A DNA stretch of 64,000 nt, from the NCBI GenBank assembly GCA_963791545.1, contig CAWBSR010000004.1:41707-105706 (forward strand). The letters run 5' to 3'. This DNA is from an uncultured Actinomycetota bacterium (lineage in GTDB: Bacteria > Actinomycetota > Acidimicrobiia > Acidimicrobiales > Palsa-688). The notes under the pieces were generated by a model. That model did not search any database. It was given only the letters and a program-made list of their open reading frames with translations, and was not told the origin of the DNA. A program made the translations under genes and the position numbers. Positions 27,285 to 36,429 of the stretch are shown in pieces. Position 1 is the first letter of the stretch. Each line of letters begins with the position of its first letter.

Positions 27285-28306
27285 TGGGGCAGGTGCCAGA
27301 GCTGGTCGATAGCGGCCAGGAGAGTCGGCGTGATCAGATTGGACCCGGCCAGGGTGATGTGGATCCCGTCGGACTCGCGCACCGTGATCGCCTTGCCGCT
27401 GGAGTTGGTCAGGTAGGTCTGGAAGCTGTTGTCCGCCCCGTCTAGCAAGGGACCGGTGTCCGCGAAGCTGGCATTGGGGTGGGCAGGCAGGGCCCCTTTG
27501 ACGATGAAGTTGACATAGTCCTTGGTCTGGTTGAGCCGGGGCCGGCGCACCGCTGGTATCCCGAGCCAGATGACCTGGCGGCTCCCGTTGGCGGTGGCGT
27601 CGAGAATGGCGTTGACCCGCCGGGCGTACTCCTGCTTCCACGGTTCACTTATAAGCGACAGCCGGTGGCCGCCTGCCTCCATGTCCTGGTCGTCATTGGC
27701 GCCGAAGATCAAGATCACCACGTCGGGGTTGACGGTAGCCATCTCGTGACTGATGGCCCCGGGCCAGTCGTAGACGTCGGGGCGGGCCAGGCCGGTGCCG
27801 ATGCGGAAGTCCGAGGTGGCATTGATGAGCGGATTGCCACCGGCCTTGTCGATGAACGACTCCGCGATCGTCCCCATGAGGGAGTCGCCGGCCAGCCACA
27901 CCTTGAGCGGCTTTTGGGCGGTCGGCGTCCGCAGGGCAGTGGTGGTCGTCGTGGTGGCGGGCACCGTGGACCCCGCCGCCCCGGCGACGGTAGTCAGCGT
28001 CGGACGGGGAACGGTGGTCGGGGCGGCGATCGGCGTCGGGGGCGCCGAGCCCGGCTGGCGGGACAGGGTGTCGATGAACTTCCGGGGCAGGTTGAGCCCC
28101 GTCCAGTGGCTGACGGTCCTCACCGGCCGGGCCAGCGCCAAGCCGACCGAGCGGGAGGTGCCGAACGACTGGCCCTCGATCGAAGCCACCAGCGAATCGG
28201 CGTTGAGGAAGGCGGCAATCAGCAGGCCCAACAAGACCACCATGATCGCCTGGCCCGCGGACACGGTGCGGCGGCCGTCAACCTCGAGGGGTAGGCGGCG
28301 GGCCAT
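27281..28306 (-). CDS. SGNH/GDSL-like hydrolase (DUF459-type), partner of the upstream MBOAT
   Basis: MARRLPL...TM IMVVLLGLLIAAFL, VWLAGDSLMG (GDS block), ILIFGANDD and SDGIHIT (DxxH block). Its ATG overlaps the MBOAT stop (ATGA at 28304-28308). Confidence 0.8.
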   Translation of the reverse strand: MARRLPLEVDGRRTVSAGQAIMVVLLGLLIAAFLNADSLVASIEGQSFGTSRSVGLALARPVRTVSHWTGLNLPRKFIDTLSRQPGSAPPTPIAAPTTVPRPTLTTVAGAAGSTVPATTTTTTALRTPTAQKPLKVWLAGDSLMGTIAESFIDKAGGNPLINATSDFRIGTGLARPDVYDWPGAISHEMATVNPDVVILIFGANDDQDMEAGGHRLSLISEPWKQEYARRVNAILDATANGSRQVIWLGIPAVRRPRLNQTKDYVNFIVKGALPAHPNASFADTGPLLDGADNSFQTYLTNSSGKAITVRESDGIHITLAGSNLITPTLLAAIDQLWHLPH

Positions 28307-30279
28307 CAGAACCGGAAGTAGATGAAGGGGGCAATGCCGGCCGGTCCCAGCAGGTCGATGACGGTCAGGGCACCCGCCAGCAGCAATGCCTGCACCCAGA
28401 ACGGTGTCCGGGAGAACAGCACCTGGAGGCGGGGCCCGACGCCACGGGGGCCCAGTTGGGCGCCCAGGGCGCCGCAGATCACGGCGGCCACCTTCCAGTT
28501 GAAGGGCCGATGGTGCCCGGTGACGACCGCGATGCGGCCCAGGACCTCGATGGCGTTGTGGAACGAGCTGGCCCGGAAGAAGATCCACGCCAGGCAGACG
28601 ACGTGGAAGGTGATGAGCCGGCCCATCCACAGCCGGGCGGTGGGTGACAACGGTCGCCGGCCTCGGCGCACGGGGCCGGCACCGCTGGTCGAGGGCGGCT
28701 CTCCCACCTGGGGCCCGTCGGGGGCAGGCCCCGCCCCGCCCCCCGCGTCGGCCGCCCCAGCAACGGGCTCGGCGGGCTCGGTCTCGGTTGTTGTTGTTGT
28801 CGCGACTGCGCCGGTTGGTTCGGGGTCCGGTTGTCCGGCTGCCATGGCGGCCGACAGGGACCTCGAACCGGCGGGCCGGGCGCGGCTGGCCACGATGGCG
28901 TCCCACAGTTCGCCGCCCGACAGCTCCGTCTCTGATAGCTCCGGCCCCGGGGTCGCCGCAGGTGCCTCCTGCCCGGGGGCGTCTTCGGCGGGCGGCGGCG
29001 GTTCGGAGTCCTTGCCGTTGGGGATCCCGACGCGGTGGGTGACCAGGACCTCATCGCGCCGGGCGCCGAGGACCCGCTGGCCGGGGCTCTCCTCGGTCGC
29101 CGGGGCGGGGGACAGGGGTGGAGGGCTCCCCGCCACCGGGACCTGGCCCGATGTCGGGGCGCCACCGGCCACCCCGGCGCTCAGCGCCACGACGGCGGGC
29201 CCTTTTCCCCCATCCTCGGTCGCCACCCGGCGCTCGCCGCGCAACCGCTCCACGATCAGCCCGGTGCCGTGCAGCGCCCCCCACGCCACGAACGTCCACG
29301 CCGCCCCGTGCCACAGGCCCCCCAGCAGCATGGTGATCATGATGTTGAGGTAGGTCCGGACCTTGCCCCGGCGGCTGCCGCCCAACGGGATGTACAGGTA
29401 GTCCCGCAGCCAGCGCGACAGGGTCATGTGCCAGCGGCGCCAGAAGTCCTGGAGGCTGGCGGCCGCGTAGGGGGCGTTGAAGTTCTGGGGGAACCGGATG
29501 CCGAGCAGCAGCGCCAGGCCGATGGCGATGTCGGTGTAGCCGCTGAAGTCGGCGTAGATCTGGATGGCGTAGGCGTACACCCCGAACAGCGCCTCCACGC
29601 CGGCATGCTGGCGGGGGAAGCCGAACAGCGGGTCGGCGGCGTAGGTGCCCAGGTAGCTGGCGATGACCACCTTCTTGAACAGCCCGAGCGAGATGAGCCA
29701 GAACGCCTTGCCGACATCGATGTGGCGGGGGCTGATCTTCTCCTTGATCTGGGGCAGGAATTCCGTGGCCCGCACGATCGGCCCCGCCACCAGGTGGGGG
29801 AAGAAGGACAGGTAGACCGCGAACTCGATCAGGGAGACCGGGTGGATCTTGCCGCGCGAGGTGTCGATCACGTAGCTCAAGGCTTGGAAGGTGAAAAAAG
29901 AGATCCCGATGGGCAGGAGCACCTCGGGCAAGGGGACGTGAGCGTGGATCCCGAGGTAGCGCAGCGAGCTCTGGGCGCTCAACGACAGGAAGCCGATGTA
30001 CTTGAACCAGGCCAGCACCACCAGGTTGGTGGACACCGCGGTGATGGTCCAGGCCCGCCGTTTATTGCCCCGGGCCCGGTCGATGCGGCGGGCGAAGTAA
30101 TGGTTGACGACAGTTGAGCCGGCCAGCAGGGGCACGAAGCGCCAGTCGGCGGCGCCGTAGAAGAACCAGCTGGCCGCGATCATGAACAGCCGCCACTGGA
30201 CGCGATGGGGCATCAGCAGCCAGCTGACCGGCAACACCAGAGCAAAGAAGGCGGCGAAGGAGAGTGTCGGAAAAAGCAT
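28306..30279 (-). CDS. MBOAT family O-acyltransferase (AlgI/DltB/PatA-like) with a ~200-aa low-complexity insertion
   Basis: FFTFQALSYVID, FFPHLVAGPI, FWRRWHMTLSRWLRDYLYIPLGG and LLGGLWHGAAW (conserved His). Residues ~351-547 are Pro/Ala/Gly/Glu-rich. Confidence 0.85.
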   Translation of the reverse strand: MLFPTLSFAAFFALVLPVSWLLMPHRVQWRLFMIAASWFFYGAADWRFVPLLAGSTVVNHYFARRIDRARGNKRRAWTITAVSTNLVVLAWFKYIGFLSLSAQSSLRYLGIHAHVPLPEVLLPIGISFFTFQALSYVIDTSRGKIHPVSLIEFAVYLSFFPHLVAGPIVRATEFLPQIKEKISPRHIDVGKAFWLISLGLFKKVVIASYLGTYAADPLFGFPRQHAGVEALFGVYAYAIQIYADFSGYTDIAIGLALLLGIRFPQNFNAPYAAASLQDFWRRWHMTLSRWLRDYLYIPLGGSRRGKVRTYLNIMITMLLGGLWHGAAWTFVAWGALHGTGLIVERLRGERRVATEDGGKGPAVVALSAGVAGGAPTSGQVPVAGSPPPLSPAPATEESPGQRVLGARRDEVLVTHRVGIPNGKDSEPPPPAEDAPGQEAPAATPGPELSETELSGGELWDAIVASRARPAGSRSLSAAMAAGQPDPEPTGAVATTTTTETEPAEPVAGAADAGGGAGPAPDGPQVGEPPSTSGAGPVRRGRRPLSPTARLWMGRLITFHVVCLAWIFFRASSFHNAIEVLGRIAVVTGHHRPFNWKVAAVICGALGAQLGPRGVGPRLQVLFSRTPFWVQALLLAGALTVIDLLGPAGIAPFIYFRF

Positions 30280-30485
30280 CAGGTTGAGGCGGTGCCGGCA
30301 CCGGCGCGGGGCCGCGCCTTCATCGACGTTGCGTTTTACCCCCGAGTTGGCTTGAGGGTTGCGGTCCCTGGAGAAGAATCTGGCGGGGCCGGATCAAAAC
30401 GACCGAAACCGCCAGGGAGCAGGTTACTTGCTGGTCGCGGCAGGGGCCGCGCATAGGGGCCCCCGCCGGAGTCGTGATTCGTGCC

Positions 30486-33437
30486 CTAGTGGGCGATGAT
30501 GTTGCCGCTGATCGTGGTCACATCGCCGGGGAACGGCCCGGGGCCGGAGTTCCCGAACGCCACCAGGCCGCCCACCGTGTTGCCGATGGCCTCCACGCCG
30601 TTGGTGTTGTTCTCCAGCACCAGGGTGCCCGACATGGTGTTGACGGCGCAGCCGGCGTCAACGGTGTCGCCCACGATGACCAGGCCCTGAGCCTTGATGA
30701 CGCTGACGGCACCGCCGACGAAAGTACTCCCGCACACCTCGATGGCGTTGGGCGTGTTGGTGGCGTTGATCGACCCGTGGACGGTGGAGTTGATGACCGC
30801 CAGCGAGGTGCCCTTGGACACGATGATCGATCCGCCCACGTCGGCGCCGATGACGCAGGTGCTGTCACCCGAGGCGATCACTGCGCCGGGGTGGTTGCCG
30901 GTGATCGTGACGGTGCAGGTGACGGTGTAGTTCAGGGTGCCGGTGGAGGCGAGGAAGTTGCCGTCCCCCTGGTAGGCAGCCTGGATCACGTGGGTGCCCG
31001 GGCTGAGCGAGGACGTGGTCACGCTGGCCTGCTGGGTTGGGTTGAGATTCACCGTCTGCACCGGGGTGCCGTCCACCGAGAAGATCACGGGGCCCGTCGG
31101 CTGGGCCGGCGGGTTGGTGCTCGGGGGTGCCGGCGCCACCGTGGCCGTGAAGGTCACCGGGTGCCCGAAGCCCACCGAGCCGGGCGGGTTGGCGGTGAGG
31201 GTAGTGGTGGTGGGGGCCTTGTTGACCACCTGGTTGACCACGGCGCTGGTGCTGTCGAGGAAGTTGCCGTCGCCGCCGTACACCGCCGTGATCGGGTGGG
31301 TGGCCACGCTGAAGTTCGACTTGACGATGCTGAACTGGCCCCCGACCAGTGTCCCCGAGCCGATCGGCGTCACGCCGTCGAAGAACTGGACGCTGCCCGT
31401 CGGGGTGCCGGCGCCGGGCGGGTTGGCGGCGACGGTGGCCGTCAGGGTGACGGGCTGGCCGAACACGGCTGGGTTGTGGTCGCTCGTGACCACGGTGGTG
31501 GTCGGAGCCTTGTTGACCACCTGGTTGAGGACGGCGCTGGTGCTGCCGAGGAAGTTGCCATCGCCGGCGTAGACGGCGGTGATCGGGTGGGTGCTCACGC
31601 TCAGCGTCACCGTGGTGATGCTGAAGGTGGGCGGGTTGGTGGCCGTGAGGGTGCCCGAGCCAATCGGCGTCACGCCGTCGAAGAACTGGACGCTGCCCGT
31701 CGGGACCCCGACACCGGGGGAGTTGACGGTGACGGTGGCCTTGAAGGTCACCGGCTGGCCGAACACGCTCGGATTGTGGTCGGACGCCACGACCGTGGTC
31801 GTGGCCGCCTGGGACACGGTGGTGGCGGCACAAGCTCCTCCACTGCCCCCGCCCGTGAAGCTGTTGAGGCCGAGCAGGTCCTTCCAGCTGTCACCGGCGC
31901 AGTTGTTGATCGATTGGGGATTGGAAGTGGCCTGGAAGGTGATGGTGACGTGATCGTGCACCGCCAGGGTCCCCAGGTTCCACGTCAGGGGCGAGAGGCT
32001 GTCGGGGGCCGGGTTGGCGGAGCCGCTCTTGTAGGTGACCCCGGCCGGCAGGGCATCGGTAACGGTGGTCACGGTCGAGGCGTCGGTGTTGCTGGGGTTG
32101 GTCACCGTGACGCTGTAGTTGAGGGTCTGGCCGGTCACCGCGGTGGCGGGGCCGGTCTTGGTGAGGGTGAGGGCGGGCGGGACGATGCCGTTCTTGGCCC
32201 CGTTGAGATCCATGGCGCAGCCCGAGACGGCGTTGCTCCATTGCTCCTGCACGTCGTAGGGGTTGCCGTTCAGGTACACGTCGGCGCCCGGGGCAAGGAC
32301 GTTGTGGGGCCCGTCGGTGCGGTTGCACAGGTCACCGATCTCCTGCTGGTCGGTGGCGGCCGACGTGAGCCAGTTGTTGATCTTGGGATCGGTGACCGAC
32401 TCGATGAACTCGTGGGTGGCGCTGCTGATCTCGGCGTCGGCGGCGGCGTCACCGTTGGGGGCCTGGCCGTTGCTGCACCCGCCGGGCTCGCCCGACATGT
32501 CGTCGTTGCCCATGAAGGAGTAGATCGTGGAGCCGAAGAAAAAGTGGTAGGCGCAGTAGGCGCTGGTGTGGCCGGACTTGAAGAAGTTGCAGTCCGACGA
32601 ACCGGTCTGGCACTGGAAGATGTTGAAGCCGGTGTACACCAGGTAGATGTGGTCGCTGTCGGAGACCCAACCCTTGACGGCCGCCGCGTGGGTCGCTTCG
32701 GCCTGAATGTCGGCGTCCGAGAGCGGGTCGGCCTGGGTGCCGGCATGGGGATAGGCGGCGGTGTCGAGGAACGAGCCGCCGAAGGCCACCGAGTTGGCGG
32801 GGGTGCCGTTGCTGCCCGGGTACTGGGTGACGATGTTGTAGTAGTCGTTGCCGCCGATGTCGGCCGCCCAGCGGTTGAGCAGGCTCTGGTAGCTGGTGTC
32901 GCCGGCCGCGGTGGCGCCGCTCTCATAGTGGACGCCGGTTGGGAGCCAGAAGACGTTGTAGATGACCGGGTTCTTCATGATCGGGCCGCTGCCCTGGATC
33001 AGGTTGCAGGTCGGCTGCGGGGGCGAGTTGGACCGGCAGGCATCGCCCGCCGCCGAGGGGCCGGGCACCGGGGCGGCCGCCTTGTTGGTGGGGGCCTTTG
33101 CCGTCGGGGCGGCGGCGGGATGGGAGCCGGCCCGCAGGGCCATGCCTCTCGTTCCCGGCGCCAGGTTGGGAGCCGAGCTGCCGCCGGTGGGGGCCCCGGC
33201 GATCTTGCCGGCGCTCGAGGTCGTGTGTGTGCCCACGCCCGAGGGCGTGGCCGTGGTTGCGTGGTGGCCGACCGCGGTGGCCACCTTGGCGGTGCCCGCC
33301 GCCTTCGGCGTGCCGGTGGCGGCCGCGCTGGTGGCGGCCGCGCCGGCGACGGCCGGGAAGAATCCGCCGATGGTCAAGGTGGCCGCCGCCATGGCCAGCC
33401 CCGCGAGCGTACGACCCGCAAACCGTTGCAACTTCAT
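30486..33437 (-). CDS. 983-aa secreted multidomain protein: N-terminal Cys-rich domain (EXORDIUM/PHI-1-like?), DUF11-like domain, three Ig-like repeats, C-terminal beta-helix-like region
   Basis: The signal peptide is MKLQRFAGRTLAGLAMAAATLTIGGFFPAVAGA. The DUF11-like segment is LTLTKTGPATAVTGQTLNYSVTVTNPSNTDASTVTTVTDALPAGVTY. Repeated units read TGSVQFFDGVTPIGSGTL...HPITAVYxGDGNFLxSTS. The tail reads GSINATN...GNTVGGLVAFGN. Confidence 0.8.
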   Translation of the reverse strand: MKLQRFAGRTLAGLAMAAATLTIGGFFPAVAGAAATSAAATGTPKAAGTAKVATAVGHHATTATPSGVGTHTTSSAGKIAGAPTGGSSAPNLAPGTRGMALRAGSHPAAAPTAKAPTNKAAAPVPGPSAAGDACRSNSPPQPTCNLIQGSGPIMKNPVIYNVFWLPTGVHYESGATAAGDTSYQSLLNRWAADIGGNDYYNIVTQYPGSNGTPANSVAFGGSFLDTAAYPHAGTQADPLSDADIQAEATHAAAVKGWVSDSDHIYLVYTGFNIFQCQTGSSDCNFFKSGHTSAYCAYHFFFGSTIYSFMGNDDMSGEPGGCSNGQAPNGDAAADAEISSATHEFIESVTDPKINNWLTSAATDQQEIGDLCNRTDGPHNVLAPGADVYLNGNPYDVQEQWSNAVSGCAMDLNGAKNGIVPPALTLTKTGPATAVTGQTLNYSVTVTNPSNTDASTVTTVTDALPAGVTYKSGSANPAPDSLSPLTWNLGTLAVHDHVTITFQATSNPQSINNCAGDSWKDLLGLNSFTGGGSGGACAATTVSQAATTTVVASDHNPSVFGQPVTFKATVTVNSPGVGVPTGSVQFFDGVTPIGSGTLTATNPPTFSITTVTLSVSTHPITAVYAGDGNFLGSTSAVLNQVVNKAPTTTVVTSDHNPAVFGQPVTLTATVAANPPGAGTPTGSVQFFDGVTPIGSGTLVGGQFSIVKSNFSVATHPITAVYGGDGNFLDSTSAVVNQVVNKAPTTTTLTANPPGSVGFGHPVTFTATVAPAPPSTNPPAQPTGPVIFSVDGTPVQTVNLNPTQQASVTTSSLSPGTHVIQAAYQGDGNFLASTGTLNYTVTCTVTITGNHPGAVIASGDSTCVIGADVGGSIIVSKGTSLAVINSTVHGSINATNTPNAIEVCGSTFVGGAVSVIKAQGLVIVGDTVDAGCAVNTMSGTLVLENNTNGVEAIGNTVGGLVAFGNSGPGPFPGDVTTISGNIIAH
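30920..31810. repeat. Three tandem ~300-bp intragenic repeats encoding Ig-like (Big-type) domains
   Basis: Two units are near-identical at protein level (TTTVV[AT]SDHNP[SA]VFGQPVT...NQVVNKAP) and a third is diverged. Boundaries are approximate. Confidence 0.7.
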
Positions 33438-33588
33438 CTATGTGCCCCTTTACCTGTTGGCTGCCTGAAGCAGACCCCAGTGGTTGTAGACGGCGGTCTT
33501 TGCGAAGTCAAGGATTCACGGGAGATGTAGCCATGCGGATACGTCTTGTATCTGTCGCTCGAGGAGCATTGGTAGCGTCGGTGGAAGA

Positions 33589-34179
33589 GTGATCAAACGC
33601 CTCCTCCTCCTGACCGTCGCCCTTGCGCTCCCGCTGGGAATGCTTCCCGGGTGCGGGTCCAGTACCTCGACCAAGGCGACCGCCACGACGGCCTCAACCG
33701 GGTCGACCACGACGACGGTGGCGGCCCCGTCGTCCACTGGGGTCGCGGGCCCCGGGAGTACCGTTGGCGGCCCCGGTTCGACGGTCGGCGCGACGGCGAC
33801 CACCAGGGTCGCCAGCTCGCCGACCACCCGCATCGTGCCTGCCCGGACAACGGTGCACCTCACCGATGCCGACAACCGAACCACGATCGCAGTCGCCAGG
33901 GGGACGACCATCGTGGTCGTCCTCAACAGCACCTCGTGGAACTTCACGAACCCCGACGCGGCGGTATTGCCGGCCCAGGGCGACCCGGTCATCGTGAGGG
34001 CGCCGATCGGCTCCTGCGGACCGCCGGGACAGGCGTGCGGCACGGAATCGGTGACCTACATCGCGGTCGGTGCCGGCCGTGCCGAGATCCGGGCCACCCG
34101 CACCCAGTGCGGTGAGGCGAGAGTCTGTATCGGGTCCGAGGGCGTGTATTCAGTTCAGGTGAACGTCTCGGCCGGCTGA
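33589..34179 (+). CDS. Lipoprotein, hypothetical (Thr/Ser/Gly linker + ~110-aa Cys-containing domain)
   Basis: MIKRLLLLTVALALPLGMLPGCGSS carries a lipobox. The protein is 196 aa. Confidence 0.6.
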   Translation: MIKRLLLLTVALALPLGMLPGCGSSTSTKATATTASTGSTTTTVAAPSSTGVAGPGSTVGGPGSTVGATATTRVASSPTTRIVPARTTVHLTDADNRTTIAVARGTTIVVVLNSTSWNFTNPDAAVLPAQGDPVIVRAPIGSCGPPGQACGTESVTYIAVGAGRAEIRATRTQCGEARVCIGSEGVYSVQVNVSAG

Positions 34180-34259
34180 GCCGCGGTCGCGAGGTGTCGG
34201 TTTGCATCTGACCGCTGCCGCCAGCCACGGGGCGCTCGGTACAGTGGGATGGACAGGGA

Positions 34260-34505
34260 GTGCGATTCGCCCAAGGGCGAGCAAGGTGGTCAGGTGTGTC
34301 GGCTGAGGCCGGGAACATCGTCGGGGTCATCGGGCGGGTGACAGTGCCGATTCCCGCCGACGGGCCGGGCGAGGTGCTGTTGCCGGTACGAGGCGGCACC
34401 GAGGCGTTCGCGGCTTGGTCCGACGAACCGATCCCAAAGCACGCGCGGGTGCTGGTGGTCGAGTGCACCTCCGCCCGTTCGGTGATCGTCACACCCTTTC
34501 CGTAA
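34260..34505 (+). CDS. NfeD-like OB-fold protein (soluble C-terminal domain only, no TM segment seen)
   Basis: GNIVGVIGRVTVPIPADGPGEVLLPVRGGTEAFAAWSDEPIPKHARVLVVECTSARSVIVTP. It lies directly upstream of flotillin. Confidence 0.65.
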   Translation: MRFAQGRARWSGVSAEAGNIVGVIGRVTVPIPADGPGEVLLPVRGGTEAFAAWSDEPIPKHARVLVVECTSARSVIVTPFP

Positions 34506-34527
34506 CCCGACCCAAGGGGGTCCCCTG

Positions 34528-35796
34528 ATGTTCTTCTGGCACGTTCCCGCACCCAACGAGGCGCTGCTGATCTCCGGATCGAAGCGCCAGGCTCAGGACA
34601 CGCAGTTCCGCATCGTCACCGGGCACGGCACCTTTGTCCTGCCGGTCAAGCAAAAGGCCCGACTGCTCTCCCTGGCCCTGCGGGAGGCGGAGATCGTCGA
34701 GGAGTGCATCACCATCCAGGGCATCCGCCTCAATGTGCGAGCGGTGGCGGTGTTCAAGGTGGGCGACGACCCGGTGTCGATCGCCAACGCGGCCCGACGG
34801 TTCCTGGCCGAGCAGAACCGGGTGGAGGAGCTGGTCGGGAGGGTCTTCGCGGGCCACCTCCGCTCCATCATCGGCGGCCTCACCGTTGAGCAGATCATCC
34901 GCGAGCGCGACCGCGTGGCCCAGGAGATCAAGGACGGCAGCCACGGCGAGATGGAAAAACTGGGGATCGTCGTCGACGCCCTCCAGATCCAGGAGATCGA
35001 GGATGCCACCGGATATATCAACAACCTGGCGGCACCCCATGCCGCCGCCGTCGCCAGCCAGGCCCGCATCGCCCAGGCCAAGGCCGACCAGGAGGCCGCG
35101 GAGCGCGAGCAGGAGGCCCAGGCTTTGAAGGCCCAGTACGAGCGGGACGTGGCCATCAAGACGGCAGGGTTCATGGCCGAGACCGAGCAGGCCAAGGCGG
35201 AGGCGGCCCAGGCGGGACCGCTGGCCGCGGCCAAGGCCTCGCAGAACGTCATCGCCGAGCAGACCAAGCTGGCTCAGCGCCAGGCCGAGCTGGCCGCCCA
35301 GCGCCTCGAGGCCGAGGTGCGCCGCCCCGCCGACGCCGAGGCCTACAAGCAGCGGACCCTCGCCGAGGCCAACCGGGACCAGGCCAAGTTTGCGGCCGAT
35401 GGCGCCGCCTATGCCGAGCGGACGACAGCCGAGGCCCAGGCGGACGCCAACAAGGCCCGAGCCGAATCGCTGCGTTCCGGTAATCAGGAGCTCATCGCGG
35501 CCAGCCGCATCATCGACAACCTGCCGACGCTGGTACAGGCGGCGGCCCGCGGGCTGGCGGGTTCCAACCTGACGATCCTCAACGGCACCGAAGGTGTCAA
35601 CGAAGTGCTGGTCGGTCTGGTCGGCCAGGCCATGTCGATCCTGGAGGCGCTGAAGAAGTCGACCGGGACGGCCGCCCCGGCCACGAGCAATGGGGCCGGC
35701 GGGGCGGGCGGGGCCGGGGCTGGGGATGGCGCCGGGCCGACGACCGTGCAGTCGGCGTCGCGACCCATTCCGACCCCCACCCACCGCCAGAGCTGA
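34528..35796 (+). CDS. Flotillin / SPFH (band 7) domain protein
   Basis: MFFWHVPAPNEALLISG...IQGIRLNVRAVAVFKV...LGIVVDALQIQEIEDATGYINNLAAPHAA, followed by an Ala/Glu/Gln-rich coiled coil. Confidence 0.85.
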   Translation: MFFWHVPAPNEALLISGSKRQAQDTQFRIVTGHGTFVLPVKQKARLLSLALREAEIVEECITIQGIRLNVRAVAVFKVGDDPVSIANAARRFLAEQNRVEELVGRVFAGHLRSIIGGLTVEQIIRERDRVAQEIKDGSHGEMEKLGIVVDALQIQEIEDATGYINNLAAPHAAAVASQARIAQAKADQEAAEREQEAQALKAQYERDVAIKTAGFMAETEQAKAEAAQAGPLAAAKASQNVIAEQTKLAQRQAELAAQRLEAEVRRPADAEAYKQRTLAEANRDQAKFAADGAAYAERTTAEAQADANKARAESLRSGNQELIAASRIIDNLPTLVQAAARGLAGSNLTILNGTEGVNEVLVGLVGQAMSILEALKKSTGTAAPATSNGAGGAGGAGAGDGAGPTTVQSASRPIPTPTHRQS

Positions 35797-35859
35797 CCCG
35801 GCAATGGCGGCCCCAACTTCCTGCTCGGTGAGGTCACCATGCCCAGCTCGCTGATAACG

Positions 35860-36102
35860 CCCGGGATCGACGTCCGGCGGGCCGACGACCGGTTCAAGAC
35901 ACTCGGTGGACGGAAATCACGCCGTCGTCGGCCCCGCCTCGGGTGGCTGGACTCGAAGCACTCCTTTTCGCCGCCCTGCACGCGGCCCGCCTGGGCCCGG
36001 GCGACACCGTCACGTTGCCGGAGGCGCCCTACCTGCAGCGGGTTACTGCTACGGAACCGGCCGAGATCCTGCTGGGGGAGATGCACGCCGCCGTCGCCTA
36101 GC
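35860..36102 (+). pseudogene. Pirin-family gene remnant (N-terminal ~35 codons joined out of frame to C-terminal ~45 codons)
   Basis: One frame gives IDVRRADDRFKTLGG...GWLDSKHSFS (pirin N-terminal signature). Another frame gives ALHAARLGPGDTVTLPEAPYLQRVTATEPAEILLGEMHAAVA-stop (pirin C-terminal-like). The cupin core is missing. Confidence 0.45.
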
Positions 36103-36429
36103 CAACCGCGGCTGGGGTCCCCGATGACGAGCCAGGGCGACTTGGCGACCCGACGGCCACCTCCAGCCTCGTGGTAGCCGTTTGGACCCGATAGCTGGAC
36201 ACGATCGTGGATTGCTGGCAGGCTGAGGAAAGCTGAAGAAGGCAGAGGGCCAGGGCGAGGAGGGGGGCGCCGTGCCGAGGGGCATCGAGGTCGCGTCAGC
36301 GACGGCACGCGGGATCACGTTGATGGGCGAATCTGAGAAAAATAGAAAAACAGGCCACCGAAAGCCCGATTCTTTGGCCTAAGCGATACGGATGCTTGCC
36401 ATCCGCATTCGGAACAGAGTTATCACCTA

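Noticed and set aside
30474-33530. A 1018-aa plus-strand ORF covering the whole giant secreted-protein locus
   Set aside because: Its translation is Gly/Val/Asp/Arg/Ala-rich with no motifs. It is exactly antisense to the minus-strand ORF, which has a signal peptide and recognisable DUF11-like/Ig-like repeats. This is the typical stop-free antisense frame of GC-rich DNA.
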